A DNA stretch of 63,786 nt, counting the filler, from Octopus bimaculoides (lineage: Eukaryota), in assembly GCF_001194135.2 (NCBI RefSeq). It is 5 parts of 4 records of this genome, joined end to end, with 100 filler letters (N's around TTAATTAATTAA, not from the genome) between each part and the next. Parts side by side here need not be neighbours in the genome. Positions count along the whole stretch, not along the records: positions 1 to 29,345 come from NC_068990.1; 4 more parts are not named here. The stretch is one strand, 5' to 3'. Below, in pieces: positions 1-10,395 of the stretch. Both the position numbers and the translations under genes were made by a program. Position 1 is the first letter of the stretch. Each line of letters opens with the position of its first letter. The notes under the pieces are model-generated. The model did not search any database. It saw only the letters and a list, made by a program, of their open reading frames with translations, and had not been told where the DNA came from.

Positions 1-274
1 TATATATATATAAAATTTTGTCAAAATGTGAAAATAAATAGAGATAATCGAAGAAATGTTTACAAAGTATTATATATGTTTTCTTTTTTAGAAGAAAAAA
101 TATTACAGAAATGGAAAGTTTGAAATAACAATCAAAGTACTGAAAAATATTAGTAAAGAATTTGATCAATGTGAAATTAAGAATTCTATGTGCATATATG
201 AATGAGTATTTGAAGACCTTTAAAAGTATTTATGTATGTATATATTTGTGTATATGCATACATACATGCATACA

Positions 275-310
<36 letters not shown>

Positions 311-351
311 TACATATATATGTGTATGTATGTATTTTGTATATACCTATA

Positions 352-542
352 TATATACATATATGTATTAGGTATTTCTATGGTTGTCCATATATATATT
401 CATATATTTATGTACATAATATACATATATATGTACATATTCATATACATCTAGCTACAGATATATACATATATGTATTAGGTATTTCTATGGTTGTCCA
501 TATATATATTCATATATTTATGTACATAATATACATATATAT
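352..542 (+). repeat. ~110-bp tandem duplication running into an assembly gap
   Basis: ggtatttctatggttgtccatatatatattcatatatttatgtacataat starts at 371 and again at 481 (period 110); the second copy ends at the N run. Confidence 0.75.
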
Positions 543-1384
543 NNNNNNNNNNNNNNNNNNNNNNNNNNNNNNNNNNNNNNNNNNNNNNNNNNNNNNNNNN
601 NNNNNNNNNNNNNNNNNNNNNNNNNNNNNNNNNNNNNNNNNNNNNNNNNNNNNNNNNNNNNNNNNNNNNNNNNNNNNNNNNNNNNNNNNNNNNNNNNNNN
701 NNNNNNNNNNNNNNNNNNNNNNNNNNNNNNNNNNNNNNNNNNNNNNNNNNNNNNNNNNNNNNNNNNNNNNNNNNTATATATATATATATATATTGATATA
801 CTAATGAATGTTATGAATATGTATGCATCAATTTTGAAAAATTATTAATCAAAATACAGAAATCAAATGACGTAAGGACAAAAACAAAAAAGAAAGAGAG
901 AATTAAAGAATGATACACAGAGATAGCCACAGGCAGACAGACAGATAGATAGATAGAGAGACAGAGAGTGCGAGAGTGAAAGTAGGAGGAAATGTGATGA
1001 TGCGGCAGATGGAGGAAGTAAATAAATAAAGAAAAGTGGTTCGAATTGGAGGTGGAGGAAGAGGATAAGAAACATTTGAATGGACAAAAGGAGAAAGGCT
1101 GAAGAATATTTACGGGAGAATCAGTGGGTTGGGGGGTGAAAAAAAATGGAGGGTAGAAAGAAATGATGGAGACAGTGGTAGAACGATGATGCAAGTGAAA
1201 GAAGTTGAAGGATGAGGTGGAAAATAAGGAAAGACCCTTCATTTTTTTTATGCTGAGACATTCCAATTGAATTGACTACATGTTATTTTATTTTTTCAAT
1301 GTTTTTTTTTTTGGTTATGTATTTATTTTGAATTTTTATTATTATTACNNNNNNNNNNTATTACTATTATTATTATTATTATTA

Positions 1385-1418
<34 letters not shown>

Positions 1419-1707
1419 CATTGATTCAGATATTAGAATTTCCCTCACAACAGAGACAAAAACCTTATTTGAATATTGTCTGAGAAGAAAAAAAAAAGAA
1501 CAAGTTAAAAAAGAAAAAAATAATAAATAAATAAATAAATACTGAAGTGGGCCAAAGAAATAAACTAACTCAACCAAAAAATATATATATTGTTGTTTAT
1601 TTTATTGCTGTTGTTGTTGATGATGACAATGATGATGAAAATGATGATGATGATGATGATGATGATGGTGATATTCCACTATGACAAACCTTATTTTTAT
1701 TGTCATA

Positions 1708-2269
1708 CAGTTAACTGCTGATTATTTGGCATTGTTGGAACCTGAAAAATGCCAGATTAGTGATTTTACCGGATTATCAATTTTACCAGCCTTCATTACC
1801 TTCCTTCTTTGACTCACTATTAGCAAAAAAAGCAAAGTAACTGGTCTTCCTGTGTTTTTTTTTTTTTTAATGTCATAAACTGTTGAAAATCCAATGTCAT
1901 ATATTTCACACAATCTTTTCACAGACACACTGCTGTCAATTTTTTTCAACAGTTCAACTATGGATAATGTATGGTGTTTATGCTTTACACTATGAGAAAC
2001 ACTTCCTTTATGCATTGGAAAAATGGCTGGGGCTAAAAGTGAAAAAGGTATGATAATAAATGAAAAAAAAACAAACTGGAAAGGCCTGCTTTTGTTTACA
2101 AATGATGTGAGGGTGTTAATGCAGCAAGTAGCACCAACAAATCATAGCAGCCAGTTGGTGCAGGATGATCCAGGAAATTTGAAATTATTTGAAATTTTCC
2201 GAGCTGAAATTAGTGCCAGCTTACTGATTTTTCTGGATTACAGGTTACCAGATTAGTGGCAGTCTACTG
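1708..2269 (-). mobile_element. Non-autonomous Tigger/pogo DNA transposon retaining an N-terminal HTH_psq fragment
   Basis: ORF 1722..2015 KHKHHTLSIVELLKKIDSSVSVKRLCEIYDIGFSTVYDIKK resembles Tigger/Jerky N-termini. Degenerate CAGT-starting TIRs (cagttaactgctgattatttggca vs cagtagactgccactaatctggta, 16/24) are each flanked by TA. Confidence 0.75.
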
Positions 2270-2569
2270 TACTCAGTCTTATTGTTCATTAGCCACAGGT
2301 TAATAATCTTATAGCCAGTGTGATTTGAGGGAGATTTAGTTGTTCTTTCTATTAATTCAAATAAACACATAGCAGCCGTCTTCATTGGTATGTTTACACT
2401 GCAGCTCAGTCACAAAAAGCCTTCCAGCTAGTGTTATTTGAGGGAGATTTGGTTGTTATTTTTAGTAAGTCACATGAACATGGGAAGACATCTCACATCA
2501 TTGTTATGCAAACTCTAGGTCATCTTTGATCGAGTAGACCTGTGTTCAAAACTTTTCCCAGCTAGCATG

Positions 2570-3050
2570 ATCTGAAGGTTTTATAACAGTTATTTCTATC
2601 TATCCATGTCATCATGGAATATTAGCACCAGCAGTGACTTCAGCAACAACAACATCAGACTCGGAGTTAACAAAATAAACATTGGCAGTGGTAGCATATT
2701 CAATACACAGGCTCGAAAATATGTTGGTTCAACCACACCCCTATTTAAGCAACATCTCAACAACCACAAATCCTCCTTTAGGATAATGGAAAAGCTCATC
2801 ATCATGTCCTCGGCCAGCCACACATGACACTTAAAAGAGGAACCCCATTCATAATTAAATGAAAGCTCCCTGAATGAGGGGCTTATATAAATGGGAGCAA
2901 ACAATATAAGCTTTGCTTGGCTGAGAGGGCAAGAATCCTAAAAATCTCTCTCAACCCAGAGACCTTTTTAAATTCCAGGAAAGAAGTATTCAGTCAATGC
3001 CCTCAATTAAAACGTTTCTTATCTCAGACTTGGAACTCCCCATTCATTGA
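2570..3050 (+). mobile_element. Penelope-like retroelement remnant, GIY-YIG endonuclease / C-terminal region (frameshifted)
   Basis: Translations KYVGSTTPLFKQHLNNHKSSFR, then NGSKQYKLCLAERARIL and FLNSRKEVFSQCPQLKRF, follow the PLE EN pattern (YIG.T..FK.R..NH..SF ... C.LCL.E ... LN.R.E....C). Confidence 0.8.
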
Positions 3051-3220
3051 AAAGTCCTGTTACTGCTCCTTTGAATATGACCATGGCCAGTGCCAATGTA
3101 AGGGGGATAACCCCATCCTGCTAACTACACCATGAACAATTATTTTTTGTTTCCAAAACCAACTGACTCTTACATATTTCTTCCTCCAATTGTAGAGAGG
3201 TTATGCGCCTTCAGCCATTT

Positions 3221-3287
3221 GAGTCTGATGAGTTGCCTGTACAATTAAGTGTTTTATTGGTGCAAAACAATGATCACTTTGTGACTG
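3221..3287 (+). ncRNA. Decayed type I hammerhead ribozyme in the putative pLTR of the upstream PLE (family A)
   Basis: GAGU-CUGAUGA-...-AAAAC-AAUGAUCACUUUGU-G-ACU. CUGAUGA intact, G12 appears changed to A, position 17 is G, stem III ACAA/UUGU, stem I AGU/ACU; about 170 bp after the EN coding end. Confidence 0.5.
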
Positions 3288-3399
3288 GCCATAACTTTTA
3301 ACTTCCTAAAAAATATATTACTGCTCTAATACTTTAGAAGGTGCTTCTTTTTGGGACATATTAACTACTGATGATATATATATATATATATAGTAAATC

Positions 3400-3560
3400 C
3401 AAACAGAACAAACACAAAAAAAAACAAAAATGCAAGGATGTGGTACATATAATGTATAAGCAGATGCTCAGGAAAGGAAAGAAAGACGGTTTAACATTTT
3501 GAGCAGATGCTCTTCCTCAGAAACAGAGGAGAGTCCAATAGAGGGGAAGACAGAGGAAGA
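3400..3560 (-). mobile_element. PLE pLTR-like repeat (family B) with minimal hammerhead at 3489-3524
   Basis: Minus strand GUUU-CUGAGGA-A-GAGC-AUCU-GCUC-AAAA-U-GUU-AAAC: stems I and II pair, one core change (G12A). Tail resembles 10190-10290 and ends in (AT)n. Confidence 0.6.
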
Positions 3561-3649
3561 AAATTGCCAATGACTCACATGTGGTTAGTGGGTTTTGTCT
3601 TGCAAGTTACTCAGTGACTCTATCAGTCTTGTGCCATGTAATAAGTACA

Positions 3650-3825
3650 TGTACCAGTACTATGTAAAAAGCACCCAGTACATTCTGTAAAGTGGTTGGC
3701 ATTGGGAAAGGCATCCAGCCGTAGAAGCCAACTGAAACCTGGTGCAGCTTTCCAGCTTGTCAACACTAGTCAAACTATCCAACCTATGCCAGCAAGTAAA
3801 ACAGACATTAAATGATGATGATAGA
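3650..3825 (+). mobile_element. RTE-type LINE 3-prime tail fragment ending in (GAT)n
   Basis: aaaagcaccc...gtggttggcattgggaaaggcatccagccgtagaa...ccaacctatgccagc...ttaaatgatgatg is homologous to 6140-6432, 13731-13906 and 27827-28092. Confidence 0.65.
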
Positions 3826-3830
3826 TGCAT

Positions 3831-3895
<65 letters not shown>

Positions 3896-3897
3896 CA

Positions 3898-4058
3898 GGT
3901 CCAGGAGTGGCTGTGTGGTAAGTAGCTTGCTTACCAACCACATGGTTCCAGGTTCAGTCCTACTGTGTGGTACTTTGGGCAAGTATCTTCTACTGTAGCC
4001 TCGGGTTGACCGAAGCCTTGTGAGTGGATTTGGTGGACGGAAACTGAAAGAAGCTCAT

Positions 4059-4097
<39 letters not shown>

Positions 4098-4307
4098 TTG
4101 TGTTTGTATCACCACCATCGCTTGACAACCAATGCTGGTGTGTTTACGTCACCCTACCTTAGCAGTTCAGTAAAAGAAACCGATAGAATAAGTACTAGGC
4201 ATACAAAGAATAAGTCCTGGGGTCGATTTGTTGAACTAAAGGCAGTGCTCCAGTATGGCCACAGTCAAATGACTGAAACAAATAAAAGAATAAAAGAATA
4301 AAAGAAT
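3898..4307 (+). mobile_element. tRNA-derived SINE family S1 with internal (TG)n microsatellite
   Basis: A-box-like tggctgtgtggta, B-box-like ggttcagtcc, body ctttgggcaagtatcttctactgtagcc, internal (TG)n, tail ending (aaaagaat)n; many copies in the window. Confidence 0.85.
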
Positions 4308-4814
4308 ACATATAAAATGTGTGTGTTGCTGTCTCTTTGCCTTGACATCATGTGATAGTTGTGGGTGTTATTCATTTCCATCCTTCTTTCAAAACATGCC
4401 TGACCATGGGAGAAATATTACCTTGCTTGGATACAAGTGAAGGTTTGCAACAAGAAGGGCATCCATCCATAGAAAAATCTGCCTCAATAAATTTCATTCA
4501 ACTCTTACAAGCATCAAAATGTGGACATCAAAACGATGATGATGATGTAAAGTATCTAATGATAAGGAGCTAGAGAAGCCACAGAGAGGTTCGTCACCTC
4601 TCCTTCACTTTATAAATTTAGAATTCTAGCATGTACCATTCCTTGTGGACAATTAATACAAGGGAGACAATCATATCTTCATAAATTTTGCAGGATTAGG
4701 AGTCTGAATTTGAAATTAAGAAAGATTCATAGAATACACTTATTACGAAATTCTTAAAATTTCTAGTCAGTAGTAATCATGTACAGCACTATTTCATTCT
4801 TTTTAGAAATCATC

Positions 4815-5247
4815 AGCAGGTTTAGCTGTGTGGTAAGATATTTACTTCTCAACGTGGTTCTGGGTTCAGTCCCACTGCATGGCCACTTGGCCAAATGTCT
4901 TCTGCTGAGGCCTTGAGCCAACCAAAACCTTGCAAATAGAATTGGTGGACAGAAACTCAAAAAAGCTTGTTGTGTGTGTGTGTGTGTGAGTGTGTGTGTG
5001 TGTGTGTGTCTGTGTGTGTGTGTGTCTGTGTGTGTGCGTGTGTGTATGTGTTCAGCCCCTACCACCACTTGACAACTGGTATTGGTATATTAATGTACCT
5101 GTAATTTAGCAGTTTTGCAAAAGAGTCTAATATAAGTACTAGACTTTAAAAAAATGAATACATTTGTTTGACTAAAATTTTTCAAGGTGATGCCCCAGAA
5201 AGGCCACGGTCAAATGAGTGAAACAAGTAAAAGATAAAAGATAAAGA
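4815..5247 (+). mobile_element. SINE family S1, diverged copy
   Basis: Same head, (TG)n, tail order as 3898-4307, ending aaaagataaaagata. Confidence 0.7.
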
Positions 5248-5482
5248 AAATATAACCTGAAATATGTTAATAAACATTTTATGACAGTGTATTTCTAATA
5301 GCTGGAAAATAATTACAGTTTAAAGAAAATTCACAGAATGTGTTTTTGTTTTGTTTTGCTTTTTTTGTTTTTTTTTTGTTTTGTTTTTTTTTTTNNNNNN
5401 NNNNNNNNNNNNNTTGTTTTGCTACAAAGAGCATTTGTAGTTTAGCAATCAGGAGCAAAGAGAAAGAAAATTTTTTGTGTCT

Positions 5483-5790
5483 TACAAAAAAGAATGGCAT
5501 TCCAGTTGATCCGATCAACAGAACAGCCTGCTCGAGAAGTTAACATTTAAGTGGTTGAGCATTCCACAGACACGTGGACCCTGAATGTTGCTCTCAGAAA
5601 GATTGAGCATGACACAAGAGTGTAAAAAGTTTGACCCATTGAGATACTAGTGCAACTTATTTTTGCCAGCTGAGTGGATGGGTGCAACATGAAATTAAGT
5701 GCTTTGCTCAAGGACACTATACACCACTGGGAATCGAACTCACAACCTTACAATCATGAGCCAAATACACTAACCACTTGGCCACATGCC
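5483..5790 (-). mobile_element. tRNA-derived SINE family S3
   Basis: Minus-strand head ggcatgtggccaagtggttag...gagttcgattccc, then ccttgagcaaagcac, and tail gttgatcggatcaactggaa shared with 8694-9070 and 24880-25190. Confidence 0.75.
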
Positions 5791-6139
5791 TTCTACATTC
5801 AGAGCAGCTGTTTCTAGATAGAATTCTAGGAGTGCCTTTTATTTAAATATTCTTAAATAATTTTCTGGGAGTAAACCAGGCATGGCAGCCTTTTTTGCAA
5901 AGTAAGCTACAAGAAAAATGGATCATCATCAGGTGAGCCACACTACTAAAAGACATAAAGGTAATTTTTCATTAAGTATTCTGTTCAGAAAGTCCCTACA
6001 CAGTTTGTCCATGACTGGTGTAGACTGTCTTTGTCTTCCACTTCCTCTCAGTCTTTCGTTCCCCACTCACTTTCTCTTGCCACTCCAACACCATCTGCTT
6101 TTTCTGCCTGGGCTGACGTATTGCCTCTTTCAATCTTTT

Positions 6140-6432
6140 ATCATTCCATGCCGATGCCACTTAAAAGTACCCAGCCACTCATCACATAAAAAGCACCTGT
6201 GCCAGTACCACATACAGAGAACATGTCCTGGTGCCACATAAAAAGGCACCTGTGCCATCACCATGTAAAATGCATTGAGTACACCATGTGAAGCAGTTGG
6301 CGTTAGAAAGGGCATGCAGCTGTAGAAACCATACCAAAACAGACAACTGGAGCCCTCCAACTTACCAGCTCCTGTTAAACCATCCAACCAATACCAGCAT
6401 GGAAAAAGGACATTGAATGATGATGATGATGA
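6140..6432 (+). mobile_element. RTE-type 3-prime tail with internally repeated gccac(a/g)taaaagcacc module
   Basis: About four degenerate copies of the module, then gttggcgttagaaagggcatgcagctgtagaaacc and a (GAT)n end. Confidence 0.6.
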
Positions 6433-6662
6433 GTGTTTTGTCTTTTTCCTACTTCATTCATCTCAGTGACCTCTCTCTCTCGACCTTTGCCTATCATCAC
6501 TCCCACCGCATCATCACAACTTCACTTTACAACTATTATCAATTACCTACAAGGACCTTTACGAGAATGATGTACAGTTCTATATTTAAGAGATGAGGAA
6601 TTATTAACATTATTTACATTATTTACATTTGACGGATATTTGTCCTCATCTTGTTTGTTGTT

Positions 6663-6708
6663 AACACAACGTTTCGGCTGATATACCCTCCAGCCTTCGT
6701 CAGGTGTC
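6663..6708 (-). ncRNA. Minimal type I hammerhead ribozyme (minus-strand arm)
   Basis: Exact reverse complement of 7039-7084. Confidence 0.7.
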
Positions 6709-7038
6709 TTGGGGAAATTTCGAACCTGGGTTCTCATTCCTAACGATGTTACTATTATTATTATTATTATTATTACTATTATTAATCAGGTCGCTGCCGT
6801 GAATCGAACTCGGAACCTTGGGGTTAGTAGCCTGCGCTCTTAACCACTATGCCATATGCCCGTAGGCCCGTAGGCATATGGCGTAGTGGTTAAGAGCTCG
6901 GGCTACTAACCCCAAGGTTCCAAGTTCGATTCACGGCAGCGACCTGATTAATAATAGTAATAATAATAATAATAATAATAATATAATAATAATAGTAACA
7001 TCGTTAGGAATGAGAACCCAGGTTCGAAATTTCCCCAA

Positions 7039-7084
7039 GACACCTGACGAAGGCTGGAGGGTATATCAGCCGAAACGTTGTGTT
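7039..7084 (+). ncRNA. Minimal type I hammerhead ribozyme (plus-strand arm), predicted to need dimerisation
   Basis: GACAC-CUGACGA-A-GGCUG-GAGGGUAUAU-CAGCC-GAAA-C-GUU^GUGUU: 5-bp stem I, 5-bp stem II, intact core, loopless self-complementary stem III (AACGUU). Confidence 0.7.
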
Positions 7085-7929
7085 AACAACAAACAAGATG
7101 AGGACAAATATCCGTCAAATGTAAATAATGTAAATAATGAGAATGATGTAGTGTTCATATCCAACCAGAATTGACTTCAGGTTTCGTTTCTTTTCATTCA
7201 ATCAATGTGTACTTCTCCTTAAAATTTCCTGCCAACTCCTTTAGCAAGAATAACAAAAATCTTGTCATAATCTGTGGCTGTGTGGAAAGAAGTTTGCGTT
7301 CCAGCCACATGATTCCAAGTTCAGTCCCAATGTGTGGCACTTTGAGCACATTTCTTCTGCTATAGTCCCAGGCTAACCAAAGCCTTGTGAGAGGATTTGG
7401 CAGATGGAAACTAAAAGAAACATGTCGTGTGTGTGTATGTGTGTGTGTGTGTATGTGTGTGTGTGCATGTGCATGCACGTGTGTGTATATATGTATGTGT
7501 TACTGTCTCCTTTAAATTCACATCATGTGATTGTTGTAAATGAGTATCACCTTCATGGTGGTGTCCTTTGTTTCCAATCTTTCATGGAAATATGTCTGGT
7601 CATTATTATCTTACTTGGAAAAAAAGGTAAGGTTCAGTGACAGGAAAGGCATCCAGTTGTAGAAAATCTGTCTCAGCAAACCATGTCTGACCCATGTGAG
7701 CATCGAAAAGGGGAAGTTAAATGATGATGTTGGTGATCATGATGATAATGACGACAAATTGTATCTGTATGGAATTCTGCTAAATGATGTCGCAAGTTTA
7801 CCATTTGTCTTAGAGAATATATTAAGCTTCTTTAGGACTTCCTTTAGAGTTTTTGCATCAGGAAGGATAAAGTCTGTTGCTGAAACTAAAAGAATAAGTT
7901 TTAGGAAACCATCTCTCTCCTAGTTACAA

Positions 7930-9270
7930 GGTGCATTCCAGAAGTTTTGAGATTTTGTGAAAACCCCCTATAGAAGTCCCCCAAAGTGAAGATGTCCAGG
8001 ACCTTTGTCATAGTCTCCTTCAGCTCTGGAAAAAAAAATTGCAGGGAACAAAATCTAGATTATAGGGAGGGTGAGAGACAGTTTTGATGTCCATATCTGT
8101 CAAGTAGTTAGTTGCCAGAATAGAACAGTGGACTGGTGCATTGTCCTGGTGCAAGCCACCAACCCTAGTGGTGTGTTTTGTGGTGAAATCTCTTCCTGAA
8201 CTCCCTCAAAATCTTTACAAAATACTCTTTGTTGACTGTCTGGCCAGAGAGAACCCACTGGATGTAAATGATGCCTTTACTATCAAAAAAGGGAATTATC
8301 ATGAGCTTCCTGGTGGACATGCTTTGTCTGACCTTCTTTGGTCTGGAGGAACCAGAATGCTTCCATTGGACACTCTGACTCTTGGTCTCTGGATCATAAC
8401 AGTAGATCCAGCTTTTGTCACAGATCACCAGAGACTCAAGTACTCTTGGATTGAAAGATAATGAGCTCAACCATCTCCCTGCTGTCACCAAAGCATCTTT
8501 CTTTTTGAGCTTGTTTGGGTCTTCATGAATAATTCTCTGTACATTTGCCACACCAACTCTAAACTGTACACTTATTGTCTTTATAGACACAATGGTCCTC
8601 ATGCAGAAAATTGTGAATTTTCTCAACCAGTTCTTCTGATGTTCCTCTCCCTCCTACACCTCTCATCATTACAATACATCTAATCTCTCATGTGGAGGCG
8701 CAATGGCCTTGTGATTAGGGCAGTGAACTCGTGGTTGTAGGATCGCGGTTTCGATTCCCAGAGTGAGCGTTGTGAATGTTTATTGAGCGAAAACACCTAA
8801 AGTTCCATGAGGCCCTGGCAGAGGATGGTGGCGAACCCTGATGTATGCTTTCACCACAACTTTCTCTCACTCTTACTTCCTGTTTCTGTTGTGCCTGTAA
8901 TTCAAAAGGCCAGCCTTGTCACACTGTGTCACGCTGAATATCCCCGAGAACTACGTGAAGGGTACACGTGTCTGTGGAGTGCTCAGCCACTTGCACGTTA
9001 ATTTCATGAGCAGGCTGTTCCGTTGATCGGATCAACTGGAACCCTTGTTGTCATAACCGACGGAGTGCCAACACACCTCTCATCTTTCACTTCCTCTCTG
9101 CTGTCCTTGAACCCCTTGTACCAACAAAAAACAGATGCTTTGCTCATACAAGTTAATCCATAAGCAGTCTGGAGAATTTTATAAGTGTCTGAAGCACTTT
9201 TGCCCAATTCAATACAAAACCTTATTGCATAATAAGCTTCCAAATTGTCTTCACATCCAGACTGCATTCT
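7930..9270 (-). mobile_element. Decayed mariner (DD34D-type) transposase, interrupted by a SINE
   Basis: N-terminus YAIRFCIELGKSASDTYKILQTAYG..MSKASVFCWYKGFKDSREEVKDER (9267-9075); VICDKSWIYCYDPETKSQSVQWKHSGS..GQTVNKEYF (8626-8165); LHQDNAPVH and HPPYNLDFVPCNF (8160-8040). Confidence 0.9.
8668..9072 (+). mobile_element. SINE S3 variant inserted in the mariner with a 12-bp TSD
   Basis: acacctctcatc at 8656-8667 and 9073-9084; tRNA-like head ggaggcgcaatggcc...ggtttcgattccc from ~8694; removing the insert rejoins mariner coding sequence. Confidence 0.9.
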
Positions 9271-9979
9271 GCAAACTAGTCAGCTGCAACAAGCAGTGTT
9301 TATCAGAGTGTGTTGAAAGTGTTTTTATAACCATCTCCTACAATCTGGAATTTAAAAAAATTGTTGGCAGGTCAGCTTATTAGATGTATAATAATGATAT
9401 ATTAAAATTACAATAACCTAGAACAGTTACCACCACCTCTCCTAAAAGATTTTAATACTTCTAGAATGCTCTATATATGCCCATAAAAGTATTCAAACTC
9501 ACATTATTCATAGTGAATCCAAGATTGAACTCTGAGCAGTTTCCATAAATCTTAGGGTTGAATTCAATCCTGTTTCAATGAATTTGGAACAACAATTAAC
9601 CACGCATGTACAGAAGGGATGACTTGGCACAGAACTTTGGTTCATTTTTACAAAGAAATGTGTAATAAATGTAAAATAAATTACTAAATGTAAGATAAAC
9701 ACTAAGGTTAATTACTTCAAGATACCATCATCATCATCATCATTTGTTTTTTTTTTTAATTTTTAAACTTTTTTATGTCCTCTTTTCCATGCTTACATAG
9801 ATCAGACGAAGTATATTCAGATTTACTACAATTCGATGCCTTCACTGTCACCAACCCATACCTGTTTTCAATCAAGATAACGTCTTATCGCTAGATGGTT
9901 TTTTTGCAGAATATTGGAAATAAACGGCATTCATTTACATGAGATTAAGACAAGGATACATACACACTCACACACACAC

Positions 9980-10028
<49 letters not shown>

Positions 10029-10069
10029 CCTTTTCTTAGCTCTCCTGGAAAAAGAATTTCTAACTTCCG

Positions 10070-10290
10070 GTCAGCCATTATTAGCCATTATTATGATTGA
10101 CCGTTGACTGGACACTATTCAATTTTTTTTCTCCGTGTTTTTCTCCTTGTCTCCGTATTCTTTCTGTTGAAGAGCATAGCTCGAAATGTCAAAGACTTTC
10201 CGTATTCCTGAGCGTCATACTAATACATCCTTTTGTTATTTACACCACCTGTCCTCGTCTGTTGTTGTTTTTTCGTACATTCTCCCATAT
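10070..10290 (+). mobile_element. PLE pLTR-like repeat (family B) with minimal hammerhead at 10159-10195
   Basis: UCUUU-CUGUUGA-A-GAGC-AUA-GCUC-GAAA-U-GUC^AAAGA: stems I and II pair, one core change (A6U); ends in (AT)n. Confidence 0.6.
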
Positions 10291-10333
10291 ATATATATAT
10301 ATATATTATGCAGTTAAGTCTATATCCGGTCAC

Positions 10334-10395
10334 AGAGTAACCAATGGTTTCACATCCACAAAGGACTTAGCCCTGTTGATGGTTAATCAGACTCT
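10334..10395 (-). ncRNA. Type I hammerhead ribozyme with one core substitution (family A-like)
   Basis: AGAGU-CUGAUUA-ACCAUC...GAUGU-GAAA-CC-AUU-G-GUU^ACUCU: 5-bp stem I, closed stem III, long stem II hairpin, G8U. Confidence 0.65.

Larger units (their letters stand above)
6575..7138. mobile_element. Palindromic head-to-head tRNA-headed SINE dimer carrying hammerhead ribozymes, 12-bp TSD
   Basis: Arms 6609-6860 and 6873-7138 are reverse complements: ~146-bp tails identical, 4 differences in the 80-bp heads, (AAT)n lengths differ. Spacer cgtaggcccgta. TSD gagaatgatgta at 6563-6574 and 7139-7150. A box tggcgtagtgg, B box gagttcgattc. Confidence 0.9.

Noticed and set aside
811-1266. Purine-rich strand-biased tracts (also 41100-41430 and 52740-53030) giving F/L/S-rich minus-strand ORFs
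   Set aside because: Degenerate (GA)-type low-complexity sequence with no family or coding evidence
4780-4820. Minus-strand CUGAUGA...GAAA
   Set aside because: Mismatched stem II base and only a 2-bp stem I; consistent with chance in AT-rich DNA
6781-6952. tRNA-like sequences here and at 8694 and 37987 as tRNA genes
   Set aside because: Acceptor stems do not pair and each runs into a repeat body, so they are SINE heads
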